IMG/VR virus record: IMGVR_UViG_3300010998_001290
Strand: one strand, 5' to 3'
Origin: a virus
Lineage: Duplodnaviria > Heunggongvirae > Uroviricota > Caudoviricetes
DNA length: 64,000 nt
The first letter of the stretch is position 1. Each line of letters begins with the position of its first letter. The translations under genes were made by a program, and so were the position numbers. Shown piece after piece: positions 55,940-63,987 of this stretch. The notes beneath the pieces are model-generated. The model was given only the letters and a program-made list of their open reading frames with translations. It ran no database searches and was not told where the DNA came from.

Positions 55940-56362
55940 GTGAGTATATCTATAAGTTGCAAGAAGACAGGACGCGATATAACCGTGGACACAGGTGGTT
56001 TTTTACGCTTAAGAAGGGATATTGCGCTTTACTGCTACAAAGAGTGGGGAGAGCATTACACTGAATTAATGTCATTTCCTTTGCTTAAAGGTAAGGAGTG
56101 GTATAAAGCCTTTGACCGCAAAACGCTGGAACTGATAAACAGACGTAAGGTAAGCAAAAAATTTGTATATTTTTGTTTGCAGCCTGATGCAGGCGGTTCA
56201 ATTGCTCCGGGAACTTGTAAAATGATATATGACAGAATAAAGGATTATGACAACGATGCTATATACGGGTATCATGGTAAACCTAATCCTTGCAAGCTGT
56301 GCGATTTCAAGAAAATATTGAAAGAATGCATAGACACGAAATCAAGGCTGGAGTGGTGGTAA
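55940..56362 (+). CDS. hypothetical protein (GTG start)
   Basis: GGAGG RBS 7 nt before GTG 55940. Confidence 0.5.
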   Translation: MSISISCKKTGRDITVDTGGFLRLRRDIALYCYKEWGEHYTELMSFPLLKGKEWYKAFDRKTLELINRRKVSKKFVYFCLQPDAGGSIAPGTCKMIYDRIKDYDNDAIYGYHGKPNPCKLCDFKKILKECIDTKSRLEWW

Positions 56363-56363
56363 T

Positions 56364-56427
56364 ATTTAAACTACCTTTAAATGGGCTTTAAATGGTCTTT
56401 AAATAGCATTAAAATCATTTTAAAACG
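56364..56427 (+). repeat. array of five TTTAAA-core direct repeats, three as tandem CTTTAAATRG units
   Basis: 'atatTTAAActacCTTTAAAtgggCTTTAAAtggtCTTTAAAtagc...TTTAAAacg' in the 78-nt gap before 56440. Confidence 0.6.
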
Positions 56428-56439
56428 AGGAGGATAAAT

Positions 56440-56634
56440 ATGAGAGTAAAGTATGTACACGCATCCGACCCTAACAAGGTGAAGGTTTATGATATAGAGG
56501 AAGCATACAAGAAATGCCCTTTCTTGGATCCTTTAAACCGTCCGACGTTGGATGACTGGACGAGAAGGGAGCTTGATTATTTCGCTTCCGATAAGAAGAA
56601 AGGTATAATACTCACATACGAGATATGCGAATAA
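56440..56634 (+). CDS. hypothetical small protein downstream of a CTTTAAAT direct-repeat array
   Basis: GAGGAGG RBS. Confidence 0.5.
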   Translation: MRVKYVHASDPNKVKVYDIEEAYKKCPFLDPLNRPTLDDWTRRELDYFASDKKKGIILTYEICE

Positions 56635-56655
56635 TAACTGAAAGGAAAAGATGAT

Positions 56656-57069
56656 ATGAGTAACATTAGTCTCGAAGAGAAGAAAAGGGAAGCTGTAAGC
56701 AGGATGAAATCTATGAAGATGTTCCCTGAGGTTATAAAGCAGTTTTCCGAAGATGGGCTCGTAATGAAGACCGAAGGCTACTTAGGCGGCTGCTACTATC
56801 TTAACGATGAGCAGAAGAAGAGGGTCTCGGACTTCGAGAACAAGCATAATGCCCTTGTGTACCACGTCATTATGGCGCATACAACTGACGGGATAATGGA
56901 AAGCTACGTCTATGTAAGTGACAACAAGAAAGATTGGGCATCTGACCGTGATGATATTAACAACCGGCGGTTGTTTACTTATACTTATGTGTACGACGAC
57001 CCTATCTGCTCTGAATTTGGCACTATCGGATACAAGCTTTCACCCGGCGCGGGGCTTCAGAGATTGTAA
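56656..57069 (+). CDS. hypothetical protein
   Basis: AAAGGAAAAG RBS. Confidence 0.55.
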   Translation: MSNISLEEKKREAVSRMKSMKMFPEVIKQFSEDGLVMKTEGYLGGCYYLNDEQKKRVSDFENKHNALVYHVIMAHTTDGIMESYVYVSDNKKDWASDRDDINNRRLFTYTYVYDDPICSEFGTIGYKLSPGAGLQRL

Positions 57070-57110
57070 ATTACCCAACAATAACTATATAATGAAAAAG
57101 GAGTAAAAAT

Positions 57111-57800
57111 ATGATTTACAGAGAGACTATCGTAGTGGATAAGAATACCGCAGATTTCATCAACAACGCTCTTAACATCGAGCCTGATTGCGAGAGCAAC
57201 TGCTTTGGCGAAGACGAGAAGATCTCGTACACAGCTACTTTCAGCAACGGATTTCAGGCTGATATCGAGTGCATCGGCGTACAGTACGACGAGGGCGGCT
57301 GCAATACCGCTTGGACACAGGCTGTTCTTTTCAATCCGGATGGCGGTGAGGTCAATTGTTCAGCTCCCGACAGCTCTTTCTTTGATGAGTGGTGGCTTAC
57401 GGATAGTGATGGGAATGAGTACTATATCAATGTCGTAACCGACAACGATAACGACGGAGATACCGACGACGGCGATGATGATGCTGAGTTCATCACGAAG
57501 AACCGTAACCGTGCCGAAAGAAGACGCGCAAGACGGAACAGTATAGCTCGCAGGTCGAGAGAAACTGTTGAAAAGTGTCGTGTCGGCAACCCTGAGATAC
57601 TTGAGGATCTCGGAGAACGCAGAGTAGGACAGCTGGCGAAGGGTTCTTGGATCCACAGCAGCGTAGCTTATGATTGGGACTTCTTCGGCGTAGGTCGTCT
57701 TCTCAGATATAAGCCTTCTACTATGCGGAGACTTGACAAGGCTCGTTATGCTATGTCTGACTATTCTGCATATGCCGAGGATGACAAGGAGGCAGTATAA
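57111..57800 (+). CDS. hypothetical protein with an acidic 'DNDNDGDTDDGDDD' stretch followed by an Arg-rich stretch
   Basis: AAAGGAG RBS. Confidence 0.55.
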   Translation: MIYRETIVVDKNTADFINNALNIEPDCESNCFGEDEKISYTATFSNGFQADIECIGVQYDEGGCNTAWTQAVLFNPDGGEVNCSAPDSSFFDEWWLTDSDGNEYYINVVTDNDNDGDTDDGDDDAEFITKNRNRAERRRARRNSIARRSRETVEKCRVGNPEILEDLGERRVGQLAKGSWIHSSVAYDWDFFGVGRLLRYKPSTMRRLDKARYAMSDYSAYAEDDKEAV

Positions 57801-58294
57801 TGGGAATGACTCTTGCACAGCTTAAGAGAGATGCCAATAGTGGCTCTCTCGTACTTGAGATGATCGAGCGCTACGGCGATACCGGCGAAGCAATTCCTGA
57901 AAGGCTCAGAGGAAAGAGAAAGGTACTTAAGGCTAACAGCGTTGGGCTTATTCTCTTGAATGCTGATGGCAAGGAAAGCACGTTGGATATTGACAGCGCC
58001 AAGCTCATAGACTACACTGATGACACGCTTGTCGTATACAATCCCGGCTTAAGAGAACCTACCGATGAAGAAAAGAGGGTTCTTGATGGGATACACAGCA
58101 TCTATCAGAAGTACGCTGATACATACAACGGCGGTTATTGGCAGGGAAAGGACTTCGGAATGAAGAGCTCTTGCCCTTGGATGCTTGGATACGACAAGAT
58201 AAGAGGTAAGCGGTACGAATCTCACAGCGGAATGGTAAGAGACAATTCCGTAAGAGGCGAACAGTGCCTTAAGTATAAGGTGTATCGCGCTTAA
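57800..58294 (+). CDS. hypothetical protein
   Basis: TAATG coupling. Confidence 0.55.
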   Translation: MGMTLAQLKRDANSGSLVLEMIERYGDTGEAIPERLRGKRKVLKANSVGLILLNADGKESTLDIDSAKLIDYTDDTLVVYNPGLREPTDEEKRVLDGIHSIYQKYADTYNGGYWQGKDFGMKSSCPWMLGYDKIRGKRYESHSGMVRDNSVRGEQCLKYKVYRA

Positions 58295-58305
58295 CGAACA
58301 ATTAA

Positions 58306-58337
58306 ACATCAAGAAGAGAGTGTCCGCATGGCACTCT
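58306..58337 (+). terminator. intrinsic terminator
   Basis: AGAGTG-tccgcatgg-CACTCT plus TTTTCTTTTTT. Confidence 0.65.
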
Positions 58338-58338
58338 T

Positions 58339-58389
58339 TTCTTTTTTCTGTGTACGAGAAGTAAAATCGTATTCAATTTCCGTCCGTGC
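58339..58389 (+). promoter_or_regulatory. TGTGTACGAGAAGTAAAATCGT (diverged upstream box), 22 nt, CATACTA
   Basis: After the terminator at 58306-58337. Confidence 0.5.
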
Positions 58390-58597
58390 AATCATACTAT
58401 CTATAGAAACGTAAGATAATTACTTGCATCGGGCTGGCTCGACAGCCTTGTAGTGACGTAGTGGCAGCTATACGCTGTTAACTCTCACTAAGGTAAATCC
58501 CGCAATAGTATTCCTGCGGGCGCTTATAGTAGTGCGAGACCGCACACCCGGAGTTATGATAAGGCGACATCGAATGTGAGATGAAATAGGAGGTTCT

Positions 58598-59137
58598 ATG
58601 GAATTTACAGGAAGAATTATAGGAATAAAAGTAGATGGAAAGCCGGAAATAACGCTTACCATCAACGAAACAGAAGACGCAAAGGCAGCTTATGACGAGT
58701 TCAATCAGGAAAACATACTGTCCATAGAGATAGATAAGTTTCGTCCGAAGAGGTCATACAGCGCCAATGCTTACTTCTGGCTGCTTTGCGGTAAGCTTGC
58801 CGCTAAGATAGGGCAGAAAAAGACAGATGTGTACAAGGAACTCATCCGGGAGATAGGGGACAACTATAAAATCTTAAGAATAGAGAATGATGCCGTCGAT
58901 GACTTCATACACAGCTGGCAGGAAGGTCGTACAGGCTGGATATGTGATATCTTGGGAGATAGCGATATACAAGGGTACACGGATGTATGCGCTTATTTCG
59001 GAAGCAGTACATATAACAGTAAGCAGATGAGCAATCTCATCAATTTGGCTTTGCAGGAGTGTGAGGCGCAGGGCATACAGACGGAACCTCCGGAAGAAAT
59101 AAAGAAAATGAAGGAACAGTGGAGAAAGACCGCTTAA
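58598..59137 (+). CDS. hypothetical protein preceded by a ~210-nt GC-rich structured leader
   Basis: TAGGAGG RBS. Confidence 0.6.
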   Translation: MEFTGRIIGIKVDGKPEITLTINETEDAKAAYDEFNQENILSIEIDKFRPKRSYSANAYFWLLCGKLAAKIGQKKTDVYKELIREIGDNYKILRIENDAVDDFIHSWQEGRTGWICDILGDSDIQGYTDVCAYFGSSTYNSKQMSNLINLALQECEAQGIQTEPPEEIKKMKEQWRKTA

Positions 59138-59208
59138 CAAAATATAGAGCCTACTCGATATATTTCGGGTGGGCTTTATATGATTTTTTGTTTTTCCTCC
59201 TACTCTTA

Positions 59209-59245
59209 CATACTAAATTGTAGATAGCTTTTCAGACGACTGGAG
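59209..59245 (+). promoter_or_regulatory. CATACTA plus GACGACTGGAG cassette upstream of recJ
   Basis: After the terminator at 59148-59196. Confidence 0.55.
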
Positions 59246-59280
59246 AAATTTGAGCTATTCAGAAGGGATGATAATAATCA

Positions 59281-60966
59281 ATGAAATGGACGAAGCGTGA
59301 CGCTTCTACCACCATTGATGAAGTAGTGAAGCGTAACGTGGGCGGTGAACTCTCCGATATAACGGAGGAGACACCGATAGTTAACTTAGACAAGGCAGTA
59401 AACCGTATTGCCGATGCAATATCAGCAAAAGAAAAGATCACTATATTCGGAGATTACGATGTCGATGGAGTGACCTCTTCTTCTATCCTTTGGACGACAA
59501 TCAACGTATTAAGCGGTGTTGCGCCCAATATCAGGCTTCCGAGACGCTTTTCAGAGGGCTTTGGGTTTTCACTTAAGGCTGCCGATGAAATCAGCGAGGG
59601 ACTTCTGATAACTGTTGATAACGGAATAGCCGCAGTCGAGGCGATAAAAGCTGTCAAAGCTAAGGGAGTAGATGTTCTTGTAATAGACCATCATCTTCCC
59701 GGCGAGACAATGCCTGATGCGGACATAATCGTGGATCCTCACTGTTTTAAGGCTAATCCCGATGATTTCGAGGATTGGTGCGGTGCGGGTCTTGCTTATC
59801 GTATATGCAAAGAGCTGATCGAGAAAACGGATAATGACAGGCTTAAGAAAGGCACCTTGTCTTATATTATCCAGCTTGCTGCACTTGGTACGATATGTGA
59901 TGTTATGCCTCTCGTGAAGGATAACAGAGCGATTGTGATATCCGGACTTGATGCGGTAAACACAAAGCCTTGCAGAGGGTTAAAAGCTATATGCGAGCTC
60001 ACTGAGACCGAGGTGGTAGATGAAACTACCTGTGGCTTTTTAATAGGTCCAACTATTAATGCCGCCGGTAGAATGAAGGATGACGGAGCTATGATGGCAT
60101 TCGATGTTATAACAGCTTGTAACAGAGCAGGTGCCGGACAGCTTTCGCAAACAGCCAAAGAACTTATCGAGCTTAACGAATTGAGGAAGGCTAAGGTAAG
60201 TTCAGCTACAGAAACAGCAAAGGAAATCATATCCAATGAGTGCTTATACGGCAATTATCCTCTGGTAATTGCGTCTGATGAGATAAGTGAGGGCATCGTC
60301 GGTATAGTAGCAGGAAAGCTTGCCGAAGAGTATCATGTCCCCACTATAGTTCTCGCTAAGACAGATGATGGGCTGTATAAGGGTAGTGCCAGAAGCTATG
60401 GCGATGTAAATGTCAAGGCTATGATGGATGCGGCAAGTGACTGCATCGTAAAGTATGGCGGACATGAAGGAGCCGGAGGACTTACGGTAGCACCTGAGCG
60501 CTTAGACGATATGTACGACAAAATGAATGAGTATCTGGGAGATTACGAGTTCAAAACAACGGACGAACTGTTTTATGACCTTGAAATCGAGGCAGCCGAT
60601 ATGGAAAGCGCTATACAGGAGCTTAAGAAGTATAAGCCCTTTGGTGAAGGTAATGCGCCTATTGTTTTCAAGATAAAGAAGTTCGGCTTATCTCCCCGCG
60701 CAGGAGCTTTCTATAAGCTTATGGGAAAGAATAACGAACACGTTAAGCTGTTTGGGAACGGCTTTTCAGCCATAGGCTTTAACCTTGCAAATAAATTAAA
60801 CGATGAGAGCAAGGAAATTACATGTGTAGGAACACTGTCGGAAAACAGTTTCAGAGGCAAAACCGAAATTCAGGTCGAAATGGCTGATTTCGAGTATGTT
60901 TATGGGACTAATGAAACACAGCTTACCCGCCTTCTTCGCGAACGGCTTAGAGGAATGGGTATATGA
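59281..60966 (+). CDS. recJ: RecJ-like single-stranded-DNA exonuclease (DHH/DHHA1 phosphoesterase)
   Basis: DHH motifs 'FGDYDVDG', 'TVDNG', 'VIDHHLP'. DHHA1 'GGHEGAGG' motif. 561 aa. Confidence 0.8.
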   Translation: MKWTKRDASTTIDEVVKRNVGGELSDITEETPIVNLDKAVNRIADAISAKEKITIFGDYDVDGVTSSSILWTTINVLSGVAPNIRLPRRFSEGFGFSLKAADEISEGLLITVDNGIAAVEAIKAVKAKGVDVLVIDHHLPGETMPDADIIVDPHCFKANPDDFEDWCGAGLAYRICKELIEKTDNDRLKKGTLSYIIQLAALGTICDVMPLVKDNRAIVISGLDAVNTKPCRGLKAICELTETEVVDETTCGFLIGPTINAAGRMKDDGAMMAFDVITACNRAGAGQLSQTAKELIELNELRKAKVSSATETAKEIISNECLYGNYPLVIASDEISEGIVGIVAGKLAEEYHVPTIVLAKTDDGLYKGSARSYGDVNVKAMMDAASDCIVKYGGHEGAGGLTVAPERLDDMYDKMNEYLGDYEFKTTDELFYDLEIEAADMESAIQELKKYKPFGEGNAPIVFKIKKFGLSPRAGAFYKLMGKNNEHVKLFGNGFSAIGFNLANKLNDESKEITCVGTLSENSFRGKTEIQVEMADFEYVYGTNETQLTRLLRERLRGMGI

Positions 60967-60973
60967 AGAAAGG

Positions 60974-61903
60974 ATGAATATAGTGGAAGAAAAGAAGAAT
61001 TCAAGAGAGGAGTATCCTAATCAGATCCTCAGTTTCGGAAGAAAAAACCTTATATTTGCTGTAGACTGTCATCTGTATAAGCCGGCAGCTACAGACTCTC
61101 CGCTCCAGATGCACGCAGGCTATTCTCGCTTGGCGATAAATCTGATCGATAAGACAAAGGGCAGCACCTTCGTGGTTACAGGAAATATTCCTGCTACCGA
61201 CGTTCCTTATATGGTTCATAAGATAAAAGCCATAGAGGATGATTATATGTTCAACAGGAAGAAGATGCTTTCCGCTAAGGCAAAGCTGGGAACAGATGAT
61301 GTTACCCTTGCTTTCTCGGAGACATTTAAGATGGGTAATCTGAAGGGTAAGACTCCCGGCGAGGTAGTTACCGAAGAGAAGGGCGTTGAAACGGTAAAAT
61401 CTCAGGCTGAGTTCTTAAAGACCAACCTTGAGAAGTATCCGGCGAACAAGCGCATAATCGACGCTTGTGAGGCTGCAATCAGAGCATATGGTGAAGGCAA
61501 GATAAAGCCCGGTATGACCGGCGGGGTTTCACTCGTCAGATTCGCTTACCAGACGCCCTTAAAGTATCTGGCTTCAAGGAAAGATGAGACTACCGGAAAG
61601 TACTTTGCTTACAAGATCTCTATCAGCTGCGACTATGAGAAGGATACTAATCCGTGGACTATCAGTATAATCAACGGATATGCTGAAGTAACTCCTCAGG
61701 CGGATAAAACTGTAAGAATAAATCCGATGCTCGAAAATCAGAAGCAGAGTGCTATAAACCTCACCTCAGAGGAAGCATTCGCTTTTGCAGACAGATGCAG
61801 CAAGACTCTTACAGAGTTCGAGACCTGCAACTTCAGAGAACTGCATAAGATCGTTGACGCAATAAGAGAGGAAAATCGTAAGAAATACGGCTCTTCTAAC
61901 TAA
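60974..61903 (+). CDS. hypothetical protein adjacent to recJ (alternative GTG start 60983)
   Basis: AAAGGA RBS. Continuous ORF with no recognisable motifs. Confidence 0.5.
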   Translation: MNIVEEKKNSREEYPNQILSFGRKNLIFAVDCHLYKPAATDSPLQMHAGYSRLAINLIDKTKGSTFVVTGNIPATDVPYMVHKIKAIEDDYMFNRKKMLSAKAKLGTDDVTLAFSETFKMGNLKGKTPGEVVTEEKGVETVKSQAEFLKTNLEKYPANKRIIDACEAAIRAYGEGKIKPGMTGGVSLVRFAYQTPLKYLASRKDETTGKYFAYKISISCDYEKDTNPWTISIINGYAEVTPQADKTVRINPMLENQKQSAINLTSEEAFAFADRCSKTLTEFETCNFRELHKIVDAIREENRKKYGSSN

Positions 61904-61961
61904 GCTCATAAACGCAAAAGGACTCCGAAAGGAGCCCTTTTTGCTTTATCGTTTGAAAAAT

Positions 61962-61968
61962 CATACTA
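61962..61968 (+). promoter_or_regulatory. CATACTA -10-like promoter element
   Basis: After the terminator at 61917-61946. Confidence 0.5.
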
Positions 61969-61993
61969 ATATATTGAGAGGGGAGAGTGTGAA

Positions 61994-62800
61994 ATGTCCT
62001 ATAAAAAAGCATTATCAGCGGTTCTTATTGCAGCTGTATTGTGTCTTGGTTCCTGCTCCGAGGAAGAAGCGGCTCTTCAAAAGTATGTAGAGACACAGCC
62101 AAAGGAAACAACAGCGGCAATCACTGTTGAAACAGAAGTTCCTTTCAACGCATTGGGCGTGTATGTGGAAACAGAGGAAGAAGAACCGATTATTATAGAT
62201 TATGAATCATACAGAATGAGACCTACTCCGAATTGTATTAAGGTGTCTCATATCATCGATTACACACAGCAGGAAGGCTACGAGGGAACACAAAGGCAGG
62301 ACTGCAATTTTACTAATCTGTGTGTAAAGTTCAACGGCATAACGCTGAACTCTGCTACAGAGGAAGAGTTTGAAAGATTTATCCATTCGAGCGGATATTT
62401 TGTAAGATTTAAGGAAGATGCTGAGACCGGGATAAAAGAGTATGTACTTAAGTCCGGCACTGTCACTTTCTGCAACGGTATGCTCCAACATTTTGACGCT
62501 TTTGGCAATATCCAGATAAATGGGTATGCGATAGGCGACAGAATAGAGAGACTGAACAGTATAGGAAAGTTCAACTTCGAGGAAGATGGTCTTGAATATA
62601 TACTTTTGTTTGACCCTCTGAATAGCGCTACGATAAGGCTTGGCATCTCTGAGGGGGCTATATCGAGTATTGAATTCAATGTTGTCGCATCTGAAATCGA
62701 GAGGCTGTATAATTCTCTTGAAGATATCGGGTACGCTCCGATCATCACGATTTCAGAGCCAGAACCCCATCAGAATCCGACTGATAATACTTTACATTAA
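61994..62800 (+). CDS. lipoprotein
   Basis: Signal peptide with lipobox 'LGSC'. GGGGAGAG RBS. Confidence 0.65.
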   Translation: MSYKKALSAVLIAAVLCLGSCSEEEAALQKYVETQPKETTAAITVETEVPFNALGVYVETEEEEPIIIDYESYRMRPTPNCIKVSHIIDYTQQEGYEGTQRQDCNFTNLCVKFNGITLNSATEEEFERFIHSSGYFVRFKEDAETGIKEYVLKSGTVTFCNGMLQHFDAFGNIQINGYAIGDRIERLNSIGKFNFEEDGLEYILLFDPLNSATIRLGISEGAISSIEFNVVASEIERLYNSLEDIGYAPIITISEPEPHQNPTDNTLH

Positions 62801-63965
62801 CGGTATAAGTATTGGAACGACCAAAAGCGGATACAGTGACAGTAGCCCTACCCGGCTTTAACCCGTATACAACTCCGAATTCATCTATGGAAATAATGTC
62901 TGTATCTTTTGTGGAATACTTGACCTGTGCTCCACACTTATATTCGGTACTTGCCATTGAAGTGACGAATGTACACTCATTTACACTAATATTCTTCTTG
63001 TAACTGGTAAGTTCAAGCTTTTTAGATGAGCCTAAGGAGCCGCATTTGCCCTCTGAAGTCACATACATGAGAGCGTACTTGTCTATTCCGAACCAAGAGA
63101 GCGGGGCATTAAGGTTGGTCGTGCGTCCGCTGATATATTTAGGCTCAAGCGAGAAGGCAAAGTCCGAGTTAAGCTTTGCGAGCGTACTTACAGCATTTGT
63201 TGCAGCGTCATACACACGTATTTCCTTTTTCCAGTCGAAGTATAACTTACCGTTGTTATCATATACGGTCGATGATGGACACCATCCATCAAACTCGTAC
63301 ACAAGTGTCGCAGATTTCTTCTGGAAATCGGATGAAACGGTGTAGATGCCATCGGGAGTATATGCGTACCATTGTTTGTTGAATTCGAAGAACCTTATTC
63401 CTTTTGCGGATACATAAGGAGATTCGGCTTCAACTGTAGGAAGTTCTTTATTATAAGCGGCATTATCGCCGCCCCTTAAGAAATGTCCTCCATCACAGTC
63501 AATTTCATACCACTTTCCGTTTACATTGACCACATTTATGCTGTGATGGCTTATATATGAGCCATTTATGCCGGAGCCTGTGACAGATTTAGACTCGATT
63601 CCTACAGCATCACACACTTCGTTGAAGGTATCCGAGAAGTTATTACAGTCGCTGCAACCTCTGAAAAGGATCCCAAATGTGCCATTTTCGTTGCCGGTAT
63701 GTCTTCCTTGATTGCTTATATATGAGTAAATATAAGCGATTTTCTGCTCAACAGTCCATTCGGGATTGATATTGTTGGTTATCCGCTTTATTACTTCTTT
63801 GTTCACCATGTTCAGTATCGACTTGGACTGACCTATTGAATACTCGGACTTATAGCTTTCAAGCATCTGCTTGTCATAATTATAAGCACGAGCATTGACG
63901 GTGAGCGAGAAAGCGGCAAGGATGGATAAAATAACAGATATTACTTTTTTCATAAAGACCTCCAA
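62745..63965 (-). CDS. secreted transglutaminase-like cysteine-protease-domain protein with a C-terminal Big_2 Ig-like domain
   Basis: Signal peptide 'KKVISVILSILAAFSLTVNARA'. Transglutaminase core 'GCSDCNNFSDTF..CDAVGI...YISHHSINVVNVNGKWYEIDCD'. Big_2-like 'GLKPGRATVTVSAFG'. Its own CATACTA promoter is on the minus strand. Confidence 0.7.
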   Translation of the reverse strand: MEVFMKKVISVILSILAAFSLTVNARAYNYDKQMLESYKSEYSIGQSKSILNMVNKEVIKRITNNINPEWTVEQKIAYIYSYISNQGRHTGNENGTFGILFRGCSDCNNFSDTFNEVCDAVGIESKSVTGSGINGSYISHHSINVVNVNGKWYEIDCDGGHFLRGGDNAAYNKELPTVEAESPYVSAKGIRFFEFNKQWYAYTPDGIYTVSSDFQKKSATLVYEFDGWCPSSTVYDNNGKLYFDWKKEIRVYDAATNAVSTLAKLNSDFAFSLEPKYISGRTTNLNAPLSWFGIDKYALMYVTSEGKCGSLGSSKKLELTSYKKNISVNECTFVTSMASTEYKCGAQVKYSTKDTDIISIDEFGVVYGLKPGRATVTVSAFGRSNTYTVNVKYYQSDSDGVLALKS

Positions 63966-63980
63966 AATCTTCTTTATATT

Positions 63981-63987
63981 TAGTATG
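63981..63987 (-). promoter_or_regulatory. CATACTA promoter element on the minus strand, driving 62745..63965
   Basis: The reverse complement reads 'caATCATACTAaatat', then an RBS and the ATG. Confidence 0.55.

Noticed and set aside
58420-58570. Possible tRNA or tmRNA in the GC-rich leader
   Set aside because: No T-loop (GGTTCGAATCC-like), no D-loop consensus and no cloverleaf arrangement could be recognised by eye. It was kept only as an unspecified structured leader.
474-61968. Regularly spaced conserved intergenic repeats as a possible CRISPR array or MITE family
   Set aside because: The units are separated by whole genes of variable length and always sit terminator to promoter to gene. 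They are not short uniform repeats with spacers, and there is no cas gene or transposase.
25-62491. About 60 minus-strand ORFs of 60-240 aa from the six-frame track, for example 8412..9128, 27946..28647, 38695..39219, 43972..44487
   Set aside because: All lie antisense inside well-supported plus-strand genes. They lack RBSs and promoter cassettes, have low-complexity or atypical composition, and none shows a recognisable motif. Only 62745..63965 has its own RBS and promoter.
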